Positions 1 through 9,264 of a stretch of DNA of 64,000 nucleotides are shown here, piece after piece. How positions within the stretch are numbered: position 1 is the stretch's first letter; every line of letters starts with the position of its first letter. Position numbers and translations under genes: made by a program. The notes beneath the pieces were generated by a model, which saw only the letters and a list, made by a program, of their open reading frames with translations, had not been told where the DNA came from and searched no databases. The DNA comes from Candidatus Omnitrophota bacterium (GTDB lineage Bacteria; Omnitrophota; Gorgyraeia; Zapsychrales; Zapsychraceae), in the NCBI GenBank assembly GCA_050250375.1, contig JBFWOS010000002.1, positions 205,547 through 269,546 of the forward strand, read 5' to 3'.

Positions 1-569
1 CGGTTTTATTTAAAGATAAGCGTGTCGGTCTGGTCCATGGCCAGTTGAAACAGGAAGAAACGGAGAAAATTATGACGGCCTTTAAGAGGCAGGAGATCGA
101 TATACTGGTCGCCACCACGGTTCTTGAGGTCGGGGTAGATGTCCCGAATGCCAGTGTTATGGTCATTGAACACGCGGAAAGGTTCGGGCTGGCGCAGCTT
201 CACCAGATGCGCGGGCGCATCGGCCGGGGAAAATATGACGCGTACTGCCTGCTCGTCTCTGATCCAAGGACGCCCGATGGAATCAAGAGGCTGGAGGCCG
301 TTTGTTCCACCACCGATGGTTTTAAGATTGCTCAATATGACCTAGAAATCAGAGGTCCCGGCAAGTTTTTCGGGCGCCATCAACATGGGCTGAACGAGTT
401 GAAAGTGGCCAATCCGGCGACCCAGCTGGATATACTTGAACTGGCCCGAACAGAAGCCCTGGCTCTGACAACGGATGATCCCGCGCTTGCGAAAACCCCA
501 AATCAGGTTATTAAGCGGATTATTACAAGACGGTACCCGACTTATCTAGCCATGGTCAATGCCGGATAA
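1..569 (+). CDS. recG: ATP-dependent DNA helicase RecG, C-terminal part (5'-truncated by window edge; in-frame from nt 3)
   Basis: Translation ...VGLVHGQLKQEETEKIMTAFKRQEIDILVATTVLEVGVDVPNASVMVIEHAERFGLAQLHQMRGRIGRG matches the helicase C-terminal motifs V/VI of RecG. The ORF is open to the window edge. Confidence 0.85.
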   Translation, partial: VLFKDKRVGLVHGQLKQEETEKIMTAFKRQEIDILVATTVLEVGVDVPNASVMVIEHAERFGLAQLHQMRGRIGRGKYDAYCLLVSDPRTPDGIKRLEAVCSTTDGFKIAQYDLEIRGPGKFFGRHQHGLNELKVANPATQLDILELARTEALALTTDDPALAKTPNQVIKRIITRRYPTYLAMVNAG

Positions 570-1322
570 TTACTGGCCGAAAACTTCTTTAAGCACGTTT
601 GTGACCCTGGCCGTGGGGTCGGTCCTGATCTTTTTTTCTTCTTCTCCCATAACCAGGAATAAACCATCCAGGGATTTGGAGACGACATAGTCATCGATGC
701 TGGGAGCCGGGAAATTCTTGGCGAGAGGGAGCGACTGGTATTTGTCGATGATCACCTTGTATTTCGAAGTCACGTCGTATTTATTAAGGGAGGCATCGAC
801 AGCCGGTTTAAAGGCGGTGTACAGCTTGGGGTAGGCCGTTTTCCTGAAATACTCTGTCGCGGCGTTATTCTCCCCTTTGAAGATTTTCTGTGCATCTTCA
901 AAAGGCATATCAAATAATGAATTAAGGAAAATATCACGGGCCTGCGGTGCTGCGCTTTCGGCCGCGCGGTTCATACTCAGGACCAGTTCATCCATTTGTT
1001 CATCAAACCCGACCAGACGCATGGCTTTGTCGATTTTCTGGAGTTTTTCAGGCAGCAGAAGTTTGATCTGCTCATTATTGAAATATCCGTCTTTTTTACC
1101 GACGGCGCTGACGGTATTGTTGATCCCAACCTTCAGGGCTTCCTTTAAACCCTCACCGATCCTGGTGTCGCTCAATTTAGCGGTTTTCAGCGAGTCCATA
1201 TCTGAACTTGTCAAGGCATTGACCTTCTTTTTCAACCAATCAAATTGGGCCAAGGCCGGTGAATCAAATTTCAGGAAAACAACAGCCGCCAGTACGATTA
1301 TGAAGAGGATTTTTTTCATCAA
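570..1322 (-). CDS. secreted/periplasmic hypothetical protein (possibly DUF4197-like)
   Basis: 250-aa ORF with N-terminal signal peptide MMKKILFIIVLAAVVFL...ALAQ. No recognisable catalytic motif; family assignment is from memory only. Confidence 0.5.
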   Translation of the reverse strand: MMKKILFIIVLAAVVFLKFDSPALAQFDWLKKKVNALTSSDMDSLKTAKLSDTRIGEGLKEALKVGINNTVSAVGKKDGYFNNEQIKLLLPEKLQKIDKAMRLVGFDEQMDELVLSMNRAAESAAPQARDIFLNSLFDMPFEDAQKIFKGENNAATEYFRKTAYPKLYTAFKPAVDASLNKYDVTSKYKVIIDKYQSLPLAKNFPAPSIDDYVVSKSLDGLFLVMGEEEKKIRTDPTARVTNVLKEVFGQ

Positions 1323-1572
1323 ATATGTCCTGAGTTAGAGGTTAAAGGGATTAAACGGAATAGGTTTCGGTAAATATTTACCAAGTTAACGTCTACGGGG
1401 ACATTTGTCAAGCGGCATGACAAGATATGTGTAAAGATGTCCTAGTTTGGGCTCCTTTGTCATATTGACATTACTTCCCTTTTTATGTACATTGACAGTC
1501 ACACATAAATATTTAAATAAAACTAAGTATTTTTGTGATGATTTCTATTCAACTTACAACAAGGGGAGAGTA

Positions 1573-3198
1573 ATGTTTAATCGGATTGTGATACTCAGCT
1601 TAGCGTTAACATTCATTATTTCAGGAACAAGCCAGGCTTATTTTAAAAATTCTTCCTCGTCCAAGAAAGACGGCGCGGATAATGATCTGTCGGCCAAGTT
1701 ATATGATGACGATATGAAAGCGGGTAAAGTCGAAATGAAGTCAGAAAGTCTGGAAAAATCCGGGACAATGATGGATACGGTTTTGCCGTCTGATATGAAA
1801 GAGGGTTATGTCAAAACATCCATCGCCTATCCAACCGGAAAAGAAAACACCAGCACCGTCTTATTGGAAAAGCATTTTCCGGCCAAAGGAATCGTCGGCC
1901 GCGAGTATTCTTATATGATTAAAATCACCAACCTGACGGATTTAACGGTTGAGAACGTGAATGTTTCTGAAATCATCCCGGACAACTACACCGTTATCAG
2001 TTCGGAACCGCAAATTTCAAACAAGATGGGAACCAAAGCCAGCTGGAAAATCGGTTCATTGGCTCCGCGTGGATCTTCCGTCATCACCGTCAAGGGAAAA
2101 TCCAATGACAAGATAAGTTCACCGTGCTGCGCGCAAGTTCAATATGATGTCCCTGCGTTATGCCACAAAGTTATTTTGGAGCAACCCAATGTCGCCATTA
2201 AAGTCGATGCCCCCAAGGAAGCTTTATCCTGCGATTTGATTGAACTTGTTTATACCGTGGAGAATACAGGTGACAACTTGCTTAAAGACCTGAGCGTCAA
2301 AACTGAATTGCCGGATGGCATAACGACGTCTTCCGGAAATTCAATGGTTGAGTTTCCTGTTTTTTCTTTAGACGTCGGTGAGTCGAAAGAAATAAAAGAA
2401 ATTGTACAGGCCGATGATCCGGGGCAATACCGTTTTTCCGGTTCTGTAAAAGGGGAATATGTCTCCGGTGACGCCATGGCTGTTTTTACCAAGGTTGTTA
2501 AACCCAGTGTCACGGTCGACATCAAGGCCAAACGCATCAAACAATATCTTGGCCGGGAAATAGGTTATACCATTGAAGTTAAGAATACCTCTGCGGTTGA
2601 TGCGCAATCCACGATGGTTGTGGCCGAAATACCGAAAAATGCCGAATTTAAATCCGCCAGTCACGAAGGCCGGCAGGTTGAGAATATTGTCGGGTGGGAA
2701 GTCGGAACACTTAAAGCGTTCGAAACGAAAAAACTGGAATTGACCTTAAATTCTATCGGCCAGGGTATGGCAAAAACCAAGGTCGGTGTACAGGCCGCCT
2801 GTTGTGACCCGATAACAGATACAGCGGAAACGGAATTGGTCGGCATCCCGGCTTTGTTATTGGAAGTGGTCGACATGATCGATCCGATTGAAGTCGGCGA
2901 GGAAGAAACGTATGTGATTAAGGTAACCAACCAGGGAACGGCCAATGCAAACAACGTTAAGATTTCCGCCAGTTTTGACGGAATGGATTATGTCTCCTCA
3001 GATGGGGAAACTATGGGAATGCTGGATTTAAACATGTTAAATTTCAGTCCGGTTAAAACAATCGGGTCCAAAGAGAACGTGAGCTGGAAAGTTAAGGTCA
3101 AAGGAAATAAGGAAGGCGACCTCAGGTTTAAGGTTATATTAAACAGCGATGAATTAACCCAGCCGGTCGAAGAAGCTGAATCTACGTTTGTTTATTAA
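1573..3198 (+). CDS. DUF11 (conserved repeat domain) cell-surface protein with paired cysteines
   Basis: Start placed at ATG 1573 after GGGGAGAG RBS; signal peptide MFNRIVILSLALTFIISGTSQA. Repeated ~100-aa modules each containing a CC pair (SSPCCAQVQYD, VQAACCDP) and VKVTNQGTANANNV-type DUF11 signatures. Confidence 0.6.
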   Translation: MFNRIVILSLALTFIISGTSQAYFKNSSSSKKDGADNDLSAKLYDDDMKAGKVEMKSESLEKSGTMMDTVLPSDMKEGYVKTSIAYPTGKENTSTVLLEKHFPAKGIVGREYSYMIKITNLTDLTVENVNVSEIIPDNYTVISSEPQISNKMGTKASWKIGSLAPRGSSVITVKGKSNDKISSPCCAQVQYDVPALCHKVILEQPNVAIKVDAPKEALSCDLIELVYTVENTGDNLLKDLSVKTELPDGITTSSGNSMVEFPVFSLDVGESKEIKEIVQADDPGQYRFSGSVKGEYVSGDAMAVFTKVVKPSVTVDIKAKRIKQYLGREIGYTIEVKNTSAVDAQSTMVVAEIPKNAEFKSASHEGRQVENIVGWEVGTLKAFETKKLELTLNSIGQGMAKTKVGVQAACCDPITDTAETELVGIPALLLEVVDMIDPIEVGEEETYVIKVTNQGTANANNVKISASFDGMDYVSSDGETMGMLDLNMLNFSPVKTIGSKENVSWKVKVKGNKEGDLRFKVILNSDELTQPVEEAESTFVY

Positions 3199-3294
3199 TA
3201 TTATGTGATTGTGTTATTTTCAGAATAAACAAGGGCAACCTGCTTGAAAAGGTTGTCCTTGTTTTTTTTTGCGAATTGGATTAGACTTTACGGA

Positions 3295-3909
3295 ATGAAA
3301 ATTATCGGAGGACAATTTAAAGGGCGTAATTTTTACCGGCCGTTAGGGATACGGCCGATCCAGAGCATGGTGACGAAGTCCCTGTTTGATATGCTGGGGC
3401 AGGACATGGAAGGGCTTATCTTCCTGGATTTGTTTGCCGGGTCAGGTTCGGTCGGGCTTGAAGCCTTATCGCGGGGGGCGAAACACTGCACGTTTGTGGA
3501 AAAGGACCCCAAATGCGCCGCGGTGATCACCAAGAACTTAAAACTTTTAGATATAGGGGCTTACAGCCTGATTACGGCCGATTCGTTCGCGGCCATCAAA
3601 CAAATAACCCTGCAGAAACAGACCTATGATATCATTTTCAGCGACCCCCCGTACGAGAGGGATCTCGGGAAAAAAACCTTGAAAACGCTGGAGGCCTATG
3701 ATATATTACACCCCACTTCGATAGTCGTGATCAAGCATGAAAAGCATGAAACTCTGCCTGAAGAATACGGCAGATTTCGTCTTTTTAGGCAGAAAAAGTA
3801 CGGTTCAACGCTTTTAAGCTTTTATAGTAGTGGGGAAGCCGGGGACAGTTCCCAGTCTCAAGATGGCATGTCCGAATCCGGGGAATTGACAGGAGATGAC
3901 ATTGGGTAA
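3295..3909 (+). CDS. rsmD: 16S rRNA (guanine966-N2)-methyltransferase RsmD
   Basis: FLDLFAGSGSVGLEALSRGA (SAM-binding motif) and IIFSDPPY (N6-MTase DPPY motif). Start chosen at MKIIGGQFKG. Confidence 0.8.
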   Translation: MKIIGGQFKGRNFYRPLGIRPIQSMVTKSLFDMLGQDMEGLIFLDLFAGSGSVGLEALSRGAKHCTFVEKDPKCAAVITKNLKLLDIGAYSLITADSFAAIKQITLQKQTYDIIFSDPPYERDLGKKTLKTLEAYDILHPTSIVVIKHEKHETLPEEYGRFRLFRQKKYGSTLLSFYSSGEAGDSSQSQDGMSESGELTGDDIG

Positions 3910-4387
3910 AAAGGCTTTATATCCAGGAAGTTTTGATCCGGTGACATACGGGCATATTGATCTGATCAAGCGGGCCTGCAAGATATTTGACCAGGTGGTT
4001 GTCGGGGTTGCGCACAACACCCAGAAGAAAACCCTGTTTTCAAATATAGAACGGCTGGACATGATTAAAGAAGTCACGGCCGGGATCGGGAATATTGAGG
4101 TTGTCGAATTTAAGGGGCTGGTGGTAGATTTCGCGCGGGCCAACGGGATTAACGTTCTCGTCAGAGGCTTAAGGATGATCTCGGATTTTGAATATGAACT
4201 CCAGATGGCCTTGACCAACAGACGTTTGGACGAAACACTCGAGACCGTATTTTTAATGCCTTCTGAAGGGTATTCTTTCTTGTCATCAACATTAATCAAA
4301 GAAGCCGCCAGTCTGGGCGCCGACATGTCGTCATTTGTTCCGGCCAGCATTGATCGAAGACTGAAAGAAAAATATAAATGCGAATAA
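3896..4387 (+). CDS. coaD: phosphopantetheine adenylyltransferase
   Basis: KALYPGSFDPVTYGHIDLIKRA is the canonical CoaD N-terminus (T/HxGH nucleotidyltransferase motif). Length 163 aa. Confidence 0.9.
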   Translation: MTLGKKALYPGSFDPVTYGHIDLIKRACKIFDQVVVGVAHNTQKKTLFSNIERLDMIKEVTAGIGNIEVVEFKGLVVDFARANGINVLVRGLRMISDFEYELQMALTNRRLDETLETVFLMPSEGYSFLSSTLIKEAASLGADMSSFVPASIDRRLKEKYKCE

Positions 4388-4413
4388 CCGGCAGCCAGGT
4401 TGAGAGAACAGAT

Positions 4414-4863
4414 ATGAAAAAGATACTTATCCGCGACATTACCCCAAGCGGGTTAAATATTGAAGATACGATCAGTCAGAGTTTATTCGAAAAATCTGAA
4501 GAAGATTATATTCAGTTTATTGAGCCGGTGAGTGTGCAGGCTGTTTTAAGACGATTTGAATCCACTGTTTTAGGGGATATTAAAATAAAAACACGGTTTG
4601 AGTCATTTTGCTGCCGCAGTCTGGAGAAGATCCAGCGGGACTGGGCGATCCGTTTCAGTCTTGATTATGAAATTGAACCGTATCAGGAAACGCTGGATAT
4701 TGAAGATGATATCCGCCAGGAAATACTTTTGCAGCTGCCTTTGCGGATTTTGAGCGACGCAGAAGCCGCCAAGGAGGCCATGGAAATCCATGAAGTTCCT
4801 GATGAAGATCAGCCTCCGGAAAATACGTATAAACCTTTTAAAGGGTTGAAGGATCTTGAATAA
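4414..4863 (+). CDS. yceD: YceD/DUF177 family protein (large-subunit ribosomal RNA accumulation protein)
   Basis: CCRSLEKIQRDW...CxxC-like pairs; acidic C-terminus; conserved position immediately upstream of rpmF-plsX. Confidence 0.7.
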   Translation: MKKILIRDITPSGLNIEDTISQSLFEKSEEDYIQFIEPVSVQAVLRRFESTVLGDIKIKTRFESFCCRSLEKIQRDWAIRFSLDYEIEPYQETLDIEDDIRQEILLQLPLRILSDAEAAKEAMEIHEVPDEDQPPENTYKPFKGLKDLE

Positions 4864-4927
4864 ATCAGTCCGTTAATTAAATTATAATTTAATTGAGCGA
4901 ATTATCACATAACAGGAGTCATTTAAA

Positions 4928-5128
4928 ATGCCAAATCCAAAACGACAACATTCTAAACAACGCGGACGCAAACGCCGCACTCACCAGAAGATCGCCGAGA
5001 ATTTCGGGGCGTTATCAACGACCGGCAGCACGATGGGGTACAACCACCGGGTTGATCCTGTCACCGGGATGTACAAAGGCCAGCAGATTGTAGCCATTAA
5101 AGTAAAAGAAAAAGAAGAAAAAGCCTAA
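4928..5128 (+). CDS. rpmF: 50S ribosomal protein L32
   Basis: MPNPKRQHSKQRGRKRRTHQKI is the L32 N-terminal signature. Confidence 0.9.
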   Translation: MPNPKRQHSKQRGRKRRTHQKIAENFGALSTTGSTMGYNHRVDPVTGMYKGQQIVAIKVKEKEEKA

Positions 5129-5307
5129 TATTTTGTTGCTTTTTAAGCGATAAATATTATAAAGATAAAGGGGCCGCAGATTACTGCGGCCTAAATTCTA
5201 TCAACTAGTTTCTTCGGGCTTAAGCTTTTTGGCATTTCTGCAGGAAATTGAAAAGAGAAGCCAGCTAGGTCTCCCAAGAAATCCTGAACCTCAATCGGAA
5301 TTAATCC

Positions 5308-6294
5308 ATGAAAATAGTCGTCGACGCTATGGGCGGCGATTTTGCCCCGCAGGCTGTCATTGAAGGCGTTATCCAGGCGGTCAAAGAATTTGATGCCAAA
5401 ATCACTTTAGTCGGTCTGGAAGATCAGATCAGAGCCGAGCTCAACAAACACAACTGTTCACCCGACCTTTTTGAAATTATCCATGCCCCGGAAGTGGTCG
5501 GCATGGACGAACCGGCCAAAACACCCATCCGCACCAAAAAACAATCCTCCATTTCAATCGGGATCAATCTGCTTAAGAAACCCGGTTATGACGCGTTTAT
5601 CAGCGCCGGGAATACGGGCGCGGTTGTCGCGGCGTCCACCATCTTTTTGGGAATGCTGGAAGGGGTTGAACGGCCCGCGATCGGACTGGTGATCCCCACG
5701 TTAAACAAATTTTCATTTATCATTGATGTCGGCGCCAATTCCGAGTCCAAACCGGAACATCTGCTGCAGTCTTCCCTGATGGCCAAGATTTACGCCCGTG
5801 AGGTGCTGGGCATTGAATCACCCACGATCGGTCTTTTGAATATCGGTGAAGAGGCCGGCAAAGGGGGCGGGCTGGCCAAGGAGGCCTACAAATTGATGGA
5901 AGGCCGGCTTAAGAATTTTTCGGGCAATATTGAAGCGAACGAAGTGTATACCGGTAAAAGCGACTGCATTGTGTGCGACGGGTTTGTCGGAAATGTCTTG
6001 TTGAAGGTGTCGGAAGGTCTGATGGAATCGGCCCAGAAACTGGTGAAACGGGAAGTCATGAAAAATCCGCTGGCGATGGCCGGGGCTTTTTTAATGAAGC
6101 TGGGGATGGGAGATTTAAAAAAACTGGTCGATTATTCGGAATACGGCGGCGCCCCTTTACTGGGTGTCAACGGTGTGGTGATGATCGGTCACGGCCGGTC
6201 TTCGCCCAAGGCGATTAAAAACGCGATTAAGGCTACTATGCGCGAGGTCGAACACGATATTTTGTCGGCGATGATTAAAGAGATGAAAGAATAA
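5308..6294 (+). CDS. plsX: phosphate acyltransferase PlsX
   Basis: MKIVVDAMGGDFAPQAVIEG... canonical PlsX N-terminus; 328 aa; rpmF-plsX-fabH synteny. Confidence 0.9.
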   Translation: MKIVVDAMGGDFAPQAVIEGVIQAVKEFDAKITLVGLEDQIRAELNKHNCSPDLFEIIHAPEVVGMDEPAKTPIRTKKQSSISIGINLLKKPGYDAFISAGNTGAVVAASTIFLGMLEGVERPAIGLVIPTLNKFSFIIDVGANSESKPEHLLQSSLMAKIYAREVLGIESPTIGLLNIGEEAGKGGGLAKEAYKLMEGRLKNFSGNIEANEVYTGKSDCIVCDGFVGNVLLKVSEGLMESAQKLVKREVMKNPLAMAGAFLMKLGMGDLKKLVDYSEYGGAPLLGVNGVVMIGHGRSSPKAIKNAIKATMREVEHDILSAMIKEMKE

Positions 6295-6310
6295 TAAAGA
6301 CACATGTCAC

Positions 6311-6353
6311 AGGACACATGTGACTTGTGACCTTGTAACGTGTGTCCTTTTTG
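6311..6353 (+). terminator. rho-independent terminator-like hairpin after plsX
   Basis: AGGACACA(6311-6318)...TGTGTCCT(6341-6348) stem followed by TTTTT. Overlapping GTCACA/TGTGAC inverted repeats. Confidence 0.45.
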
Positions 6354-6368
6354 CGGAAACTTTAAGTT

Positions 6369-7346
6369 ATGAAAAACATCGGCATACTTGGATTAGGGCA
6401 TTGTTTGCCCGAGCGGATTTTGACGAATCATGATCTGGAGAAGATGGTTGATACCTCCGATGAATGGATCACCACCCGCACCGGCATTAAAGAACGGCGG
6501 ATCGCAGACCGTTTGCAGAATAACAGCGACCTGGCCAGCGGCGCGGCTTTGGAAGCGGTGAAAAATGCCGGGATTAAACCGGAAGACATCGAACTGATCA
6601 TCGTGACGACGATTTCGCCGGACAGTAATTTTCCTTCCGTGGCCTGCCTGGTCCAGAAAATGATCGGAGCGAAGAAGGCCGCGGCCTTTGATATCAGCGC
6701 GGCCTGTTCGGGGTTTTTGTACGGAATCACGACCGCGAAACAATATCTCGCCGGAGGGTTATTCAAAAATGCCCTGGTTATTGCCTCTGAAAAAATTACA
6801 AATTTAATCGACTGGAACGACCGGGACACTTGTGTCTTGTTTGGTGACGGCGCCGGGGCCTGTGTGCTGGGTGAAGTTGCTCCCGGAAAAGGGATCATTT
6901 CGGATTTTATGCACGCCCAGGGGGAATTCGGTGAATTGATGTCGGTCGTTTCCGACGGCCGTGACCCGATGGACCAGAAACGCGAGTTGATCCGCCTGCC
7001 GTATGTGGTTATGCAGGGCAAGGAATTATTCAAGATCGCCGTTAATTCGATGGCTATCGCGGTGGAAGAGTCGTTGAAAAAAGTCGGCCTGGGTCTGCAT
7101 GATATTGACCTGGTTGTTCCTCACCAGGCGAATGACCGGATCATTTCGGCCGTGGCCAAAAAACTGGACGTCCCGAAAGAAAAGTTTTTTATCAATATTC
7201 ACAAATACGGCAACATGTCGGCCGCCTCCATCGCCGTTGCCCTGTACGAAGCCCAGGAACAAGGCGCTTTGAAAGATGGTGATACCATCGCGCTGGTGAC
7301 TTTCGGTGCGGGTTTGGTCAGCGCGGCGAATATTGTGAAGTGGTGA
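6369..7346 (+). CDS. fabH: 3-oxoacyl-ACP synthase III (KAS III)
   Basis: GLGHCLPERILTNHDLEKMVDTSDEWITTRTGIKERRIA; AACSGF active-site Cys; HQANDRI and GAG motifs. Confidence 0.9.
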   Translation: MKNIGILGLGHCLPERILTNHDLEKMVDTSDEWITTRTGIKERRIADRLQNNSDLASGAALEAVKNAGIKPEDIELIIVTTISPDSNFPSVACLVQKMIGAKKAAAFDISAACSGFLYGITTAKQYLAGGLFKNALVIASEKITNLIDWNDRDTCVLFGDGAGACVLGEVAPGKGIISDFMHAQGEFGELMSVVSDGRDPMDQKRELIRLPYVVMQGKELFKIAVNSMAIAVEESLKKVGLGLHDIDLVVPHQANDRIISAVAKKLDVPKEKFFINIHKYGNMSAASIAVALYEAQEQGALKDGDTIALVTFGAGLVSAANIVKW

Positions 7347-7460
7347 TCTTGTGCGGTTTTAGTGCTGAAATGGTTTAATGTGTAAGGTTTAAGGTTAAAA
7401 TTAATTAAAAATAATCAAAGAAAAACTTCACATCCCCCTAGTTTTTCAAGGAGGGTGTGT

Positions 7461-7826
7461 ATGCAAAATAAAATATTTGAATTTGATTTTGAACGGCTGG
7501 ACGTATATCAGAAATCTCTGGAATTTTCAGACAAGATATTCCGATTGACACAAAAGTTCTCTTTTTATACTCAATTTTCATTAGGAGATCAGTTTCGTCG
7601 AGCAGGGTTATCAATTTGTAACAATATCGCGGAAGGTAGCCGAAAAGAAGGTAAGTCAAAGAAACAATTTTATGGATATGCGTTAGATTCATGTCGTGAA
7701 TGTATCCCGATGATTTCTATAGCAGGATTACAGGGGCAAATCACTCAGGATGAGAAAAATCAATTAAGATTTTCTTGTGAATCGATTAGCCGAATGCTGT
7801 TTCGATTAATACAATCTGTTATTTAA
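7461..7826 (+). CDS. four-helix-bundle protein (TIGR02436 / 23S rRNA-intervening-sequence protein family)
   Basis: ERLDVYQKSLEFSDKIFRLTQKF...CNNIAEGSRKEGKSKKQFYGYALDSCRECIPMI matches the characteristic motif set of this family. GGAGGG RBS upstream of ATG 7461. Confidence 0.7.
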   Translation: MQNKIFEFDFERLDVYQKSLEFSDKIFRLTQKFSFYTQFSLGDQFRRAGLSICNNIAEGSRKEGKSKKQFYGYALDSCRECIPMISIAGLQGQITQDEKNQLRFSCESISRMLFRLIQSVI

Positions 7827-7859
7827 ACTTTAAACGTTAAACCTTTAACTATTAAAACT

Positions 7860-8786
7860 ATGAAAACTGCGCTGATTTTTCCAGGCCAGGGCGCTCAAGT
7901 TGTCGGCATGGGGCGTGAATTTTATGATTCGTCCCCGGAGGCCAGAACTATTTTTGACCAGGCGGACACGATTGTTCCCGGACTTAAGGACGTTATTTTT
8001 AACGGTCCCCAGGAAAAACTGACGTCAACCGCATTTTGCCAGCCGGCCATTTTTACGGTCAGTATGGCGGCGTTAAGCGCGCTAAAGGCGCATCCGGTAT
8101 ACAAAACCATGGACGTGCAATTTACCTGCGGTTTGAGCCTGGGTGAATATTCGGCCTTGTGCGCCGCGGAGGCCTTGTCGTTTTCTGAGACGCTGAAACT
8201 TGTTGGTGTGCGTTCCTCCCTGATGGAAGAAGCCACTGGATTACGCGAAGGAGCCATGGCCGCGGTCCTCGGTTTCGAAAAGGAACGTCTGATAGAGATT
8301 TGCCGGGAAACAGGGGCGGAAGTCGCGAATTTTAATTCACCGGATCAAATCGTCATTACCGGTGAATCCGAAAAAGTAAAAGCCGCCTCTGCCAAAATAT
8401 CCGAAGCCGGGGCGAAACGGGTTATCCCTCTTGAAGTGAGCGGGGCTTTTCATTCCAGTCTGATGCAGTCGGCGGCGCACCAGTTCAAAGACCATCTGCG
8501 TTCGGTCGACCTGAATGACCCGGTTTTTCCCATCCTGAGTAATGTGGACGCCGTTCCGACGTCCAATACCGCCCATATCCTGATGAACCTTTCCAAACAG
8601 ATCACTTCATCCGTCCAATGGGTGGATTCGATCAACACGATCGCAGCGGCCGGGGTTACGAACTTTCTGGAGATCGGGCCGGGTACGGTTCTTAAAGGGC
8701 TGATCCGAAAGATTAACCGGGATTTAAACGTTCATAATATCCAGGTACCGAAGGATATTGAACAGCTTTCTGAGAACCTGCGGTAA
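7860..8786 (+). CDS. fabD: malonyl CoA-ACP transacylase
   Basis: MKTALIFPGQGAQVVGMGREFYD and GLSLGEYSAL (active-site GxSxG). Confidence 0.9.
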   Translation: MKTALIFPGQGAQVVGMGREFYDSSPEARTIFDQADTIVPGLKDVIFNGPQEKLTSTAFCQPAIFTVSMAALSALKAHPVYKTMDVQFTCGLSLGEYSALCAAEALSFSETLKLVGVRSSLMEEATGLREGAMAAVLGFEKERLIEICRETGAEVANFNSPDQIVITGESEKVKAASAKISEAGAKRVIPLEVSGAFHSSLMQSAAHQFKDHLRSVDLNDPVFPILSNVDAVPTSNTAHILMNLSKQITSSVQWVDSINTIAAAGVTNFLEIGPGTVLKGLIRKINRDLNVHNIQVPKDIEQLSENLR

Positions 8787-8935
8787 AAAGGCACAGGTCA
8801 CACGACACAAGTCACAGAATCAGTTGGTTGGGATGGCTGAGTTAGTGCCCTTTGCGTTAGCCCCCCAGTCCGATGAGCAATTAACTCAATAACCCCAACA
8901 AACGCAAGAACCTATAAAAATCCCCACAAAACCCC

Positions 8936-8966
8936 TTGACCTTCAATCAGTTATAAAGTTATACTA
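8936..8966 (+). promoter_or_regulatory. sigma-70-like promoter candidate for the HTH/hotdog/KS/AAR operon
   Basis: TTGACC (8936-8941), 17-nt spacer, TTATAC/TATACT; lies in a 270-bp intergenic gap. Confidence 0.3.
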
Positions 8967-9054
8967 ATATCCTGTAAGTAAATCGGTTATAAGGGTGATT
9001 AAGGCCGCATAATTTGAGATAATGTAAAATTTTGTCATTTAAGATGGTATTAAA

Positions 9055-9264
9055 TTGATCCGCGGAGCGAGCATGGAACATCCGGAAGATCCTGTATTAA
9101 CAATCAAAGATGTCGCAAAATATCTGAGCGTGCACACGTCCACGGTTTACCGTTACGCCCAGCAGGGGGTGATCCCGGCCTTCAAGATCGGGTCGGACTG
9201 GCGTTTTTCCCGCAAACATATTGATCAGTGGATTGAACAGAAGGTAAACGAAGGCAGGACTTGA
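9055..9264 (+). CDS. helix-turn-helix DNA-binding protein, excisionase/MerR-like family
   Basis: LTIKDVAKYLSVHTSTVYRYAQQGVIPAFKIGSDWRFSRKHIDQWIE is a classic HTH_17/excisionase-family signature. Confidence 0.7.
   Translation: MIRGASMEHPEDPVLTIKDVAKYLSVHTSTVYRYAQQGVIPAFKIGSDWRFSRKHIDQWIEQKVNEGRT

Noticed and set aside
6428-7033. 201-aa and 116-aa minus-strand ORFs inside fabH
   Set aside because: Antisense to a clearly conserved fabH; no RBS or motifs. Typical shadow ORFs of GC-rich coding DNA.
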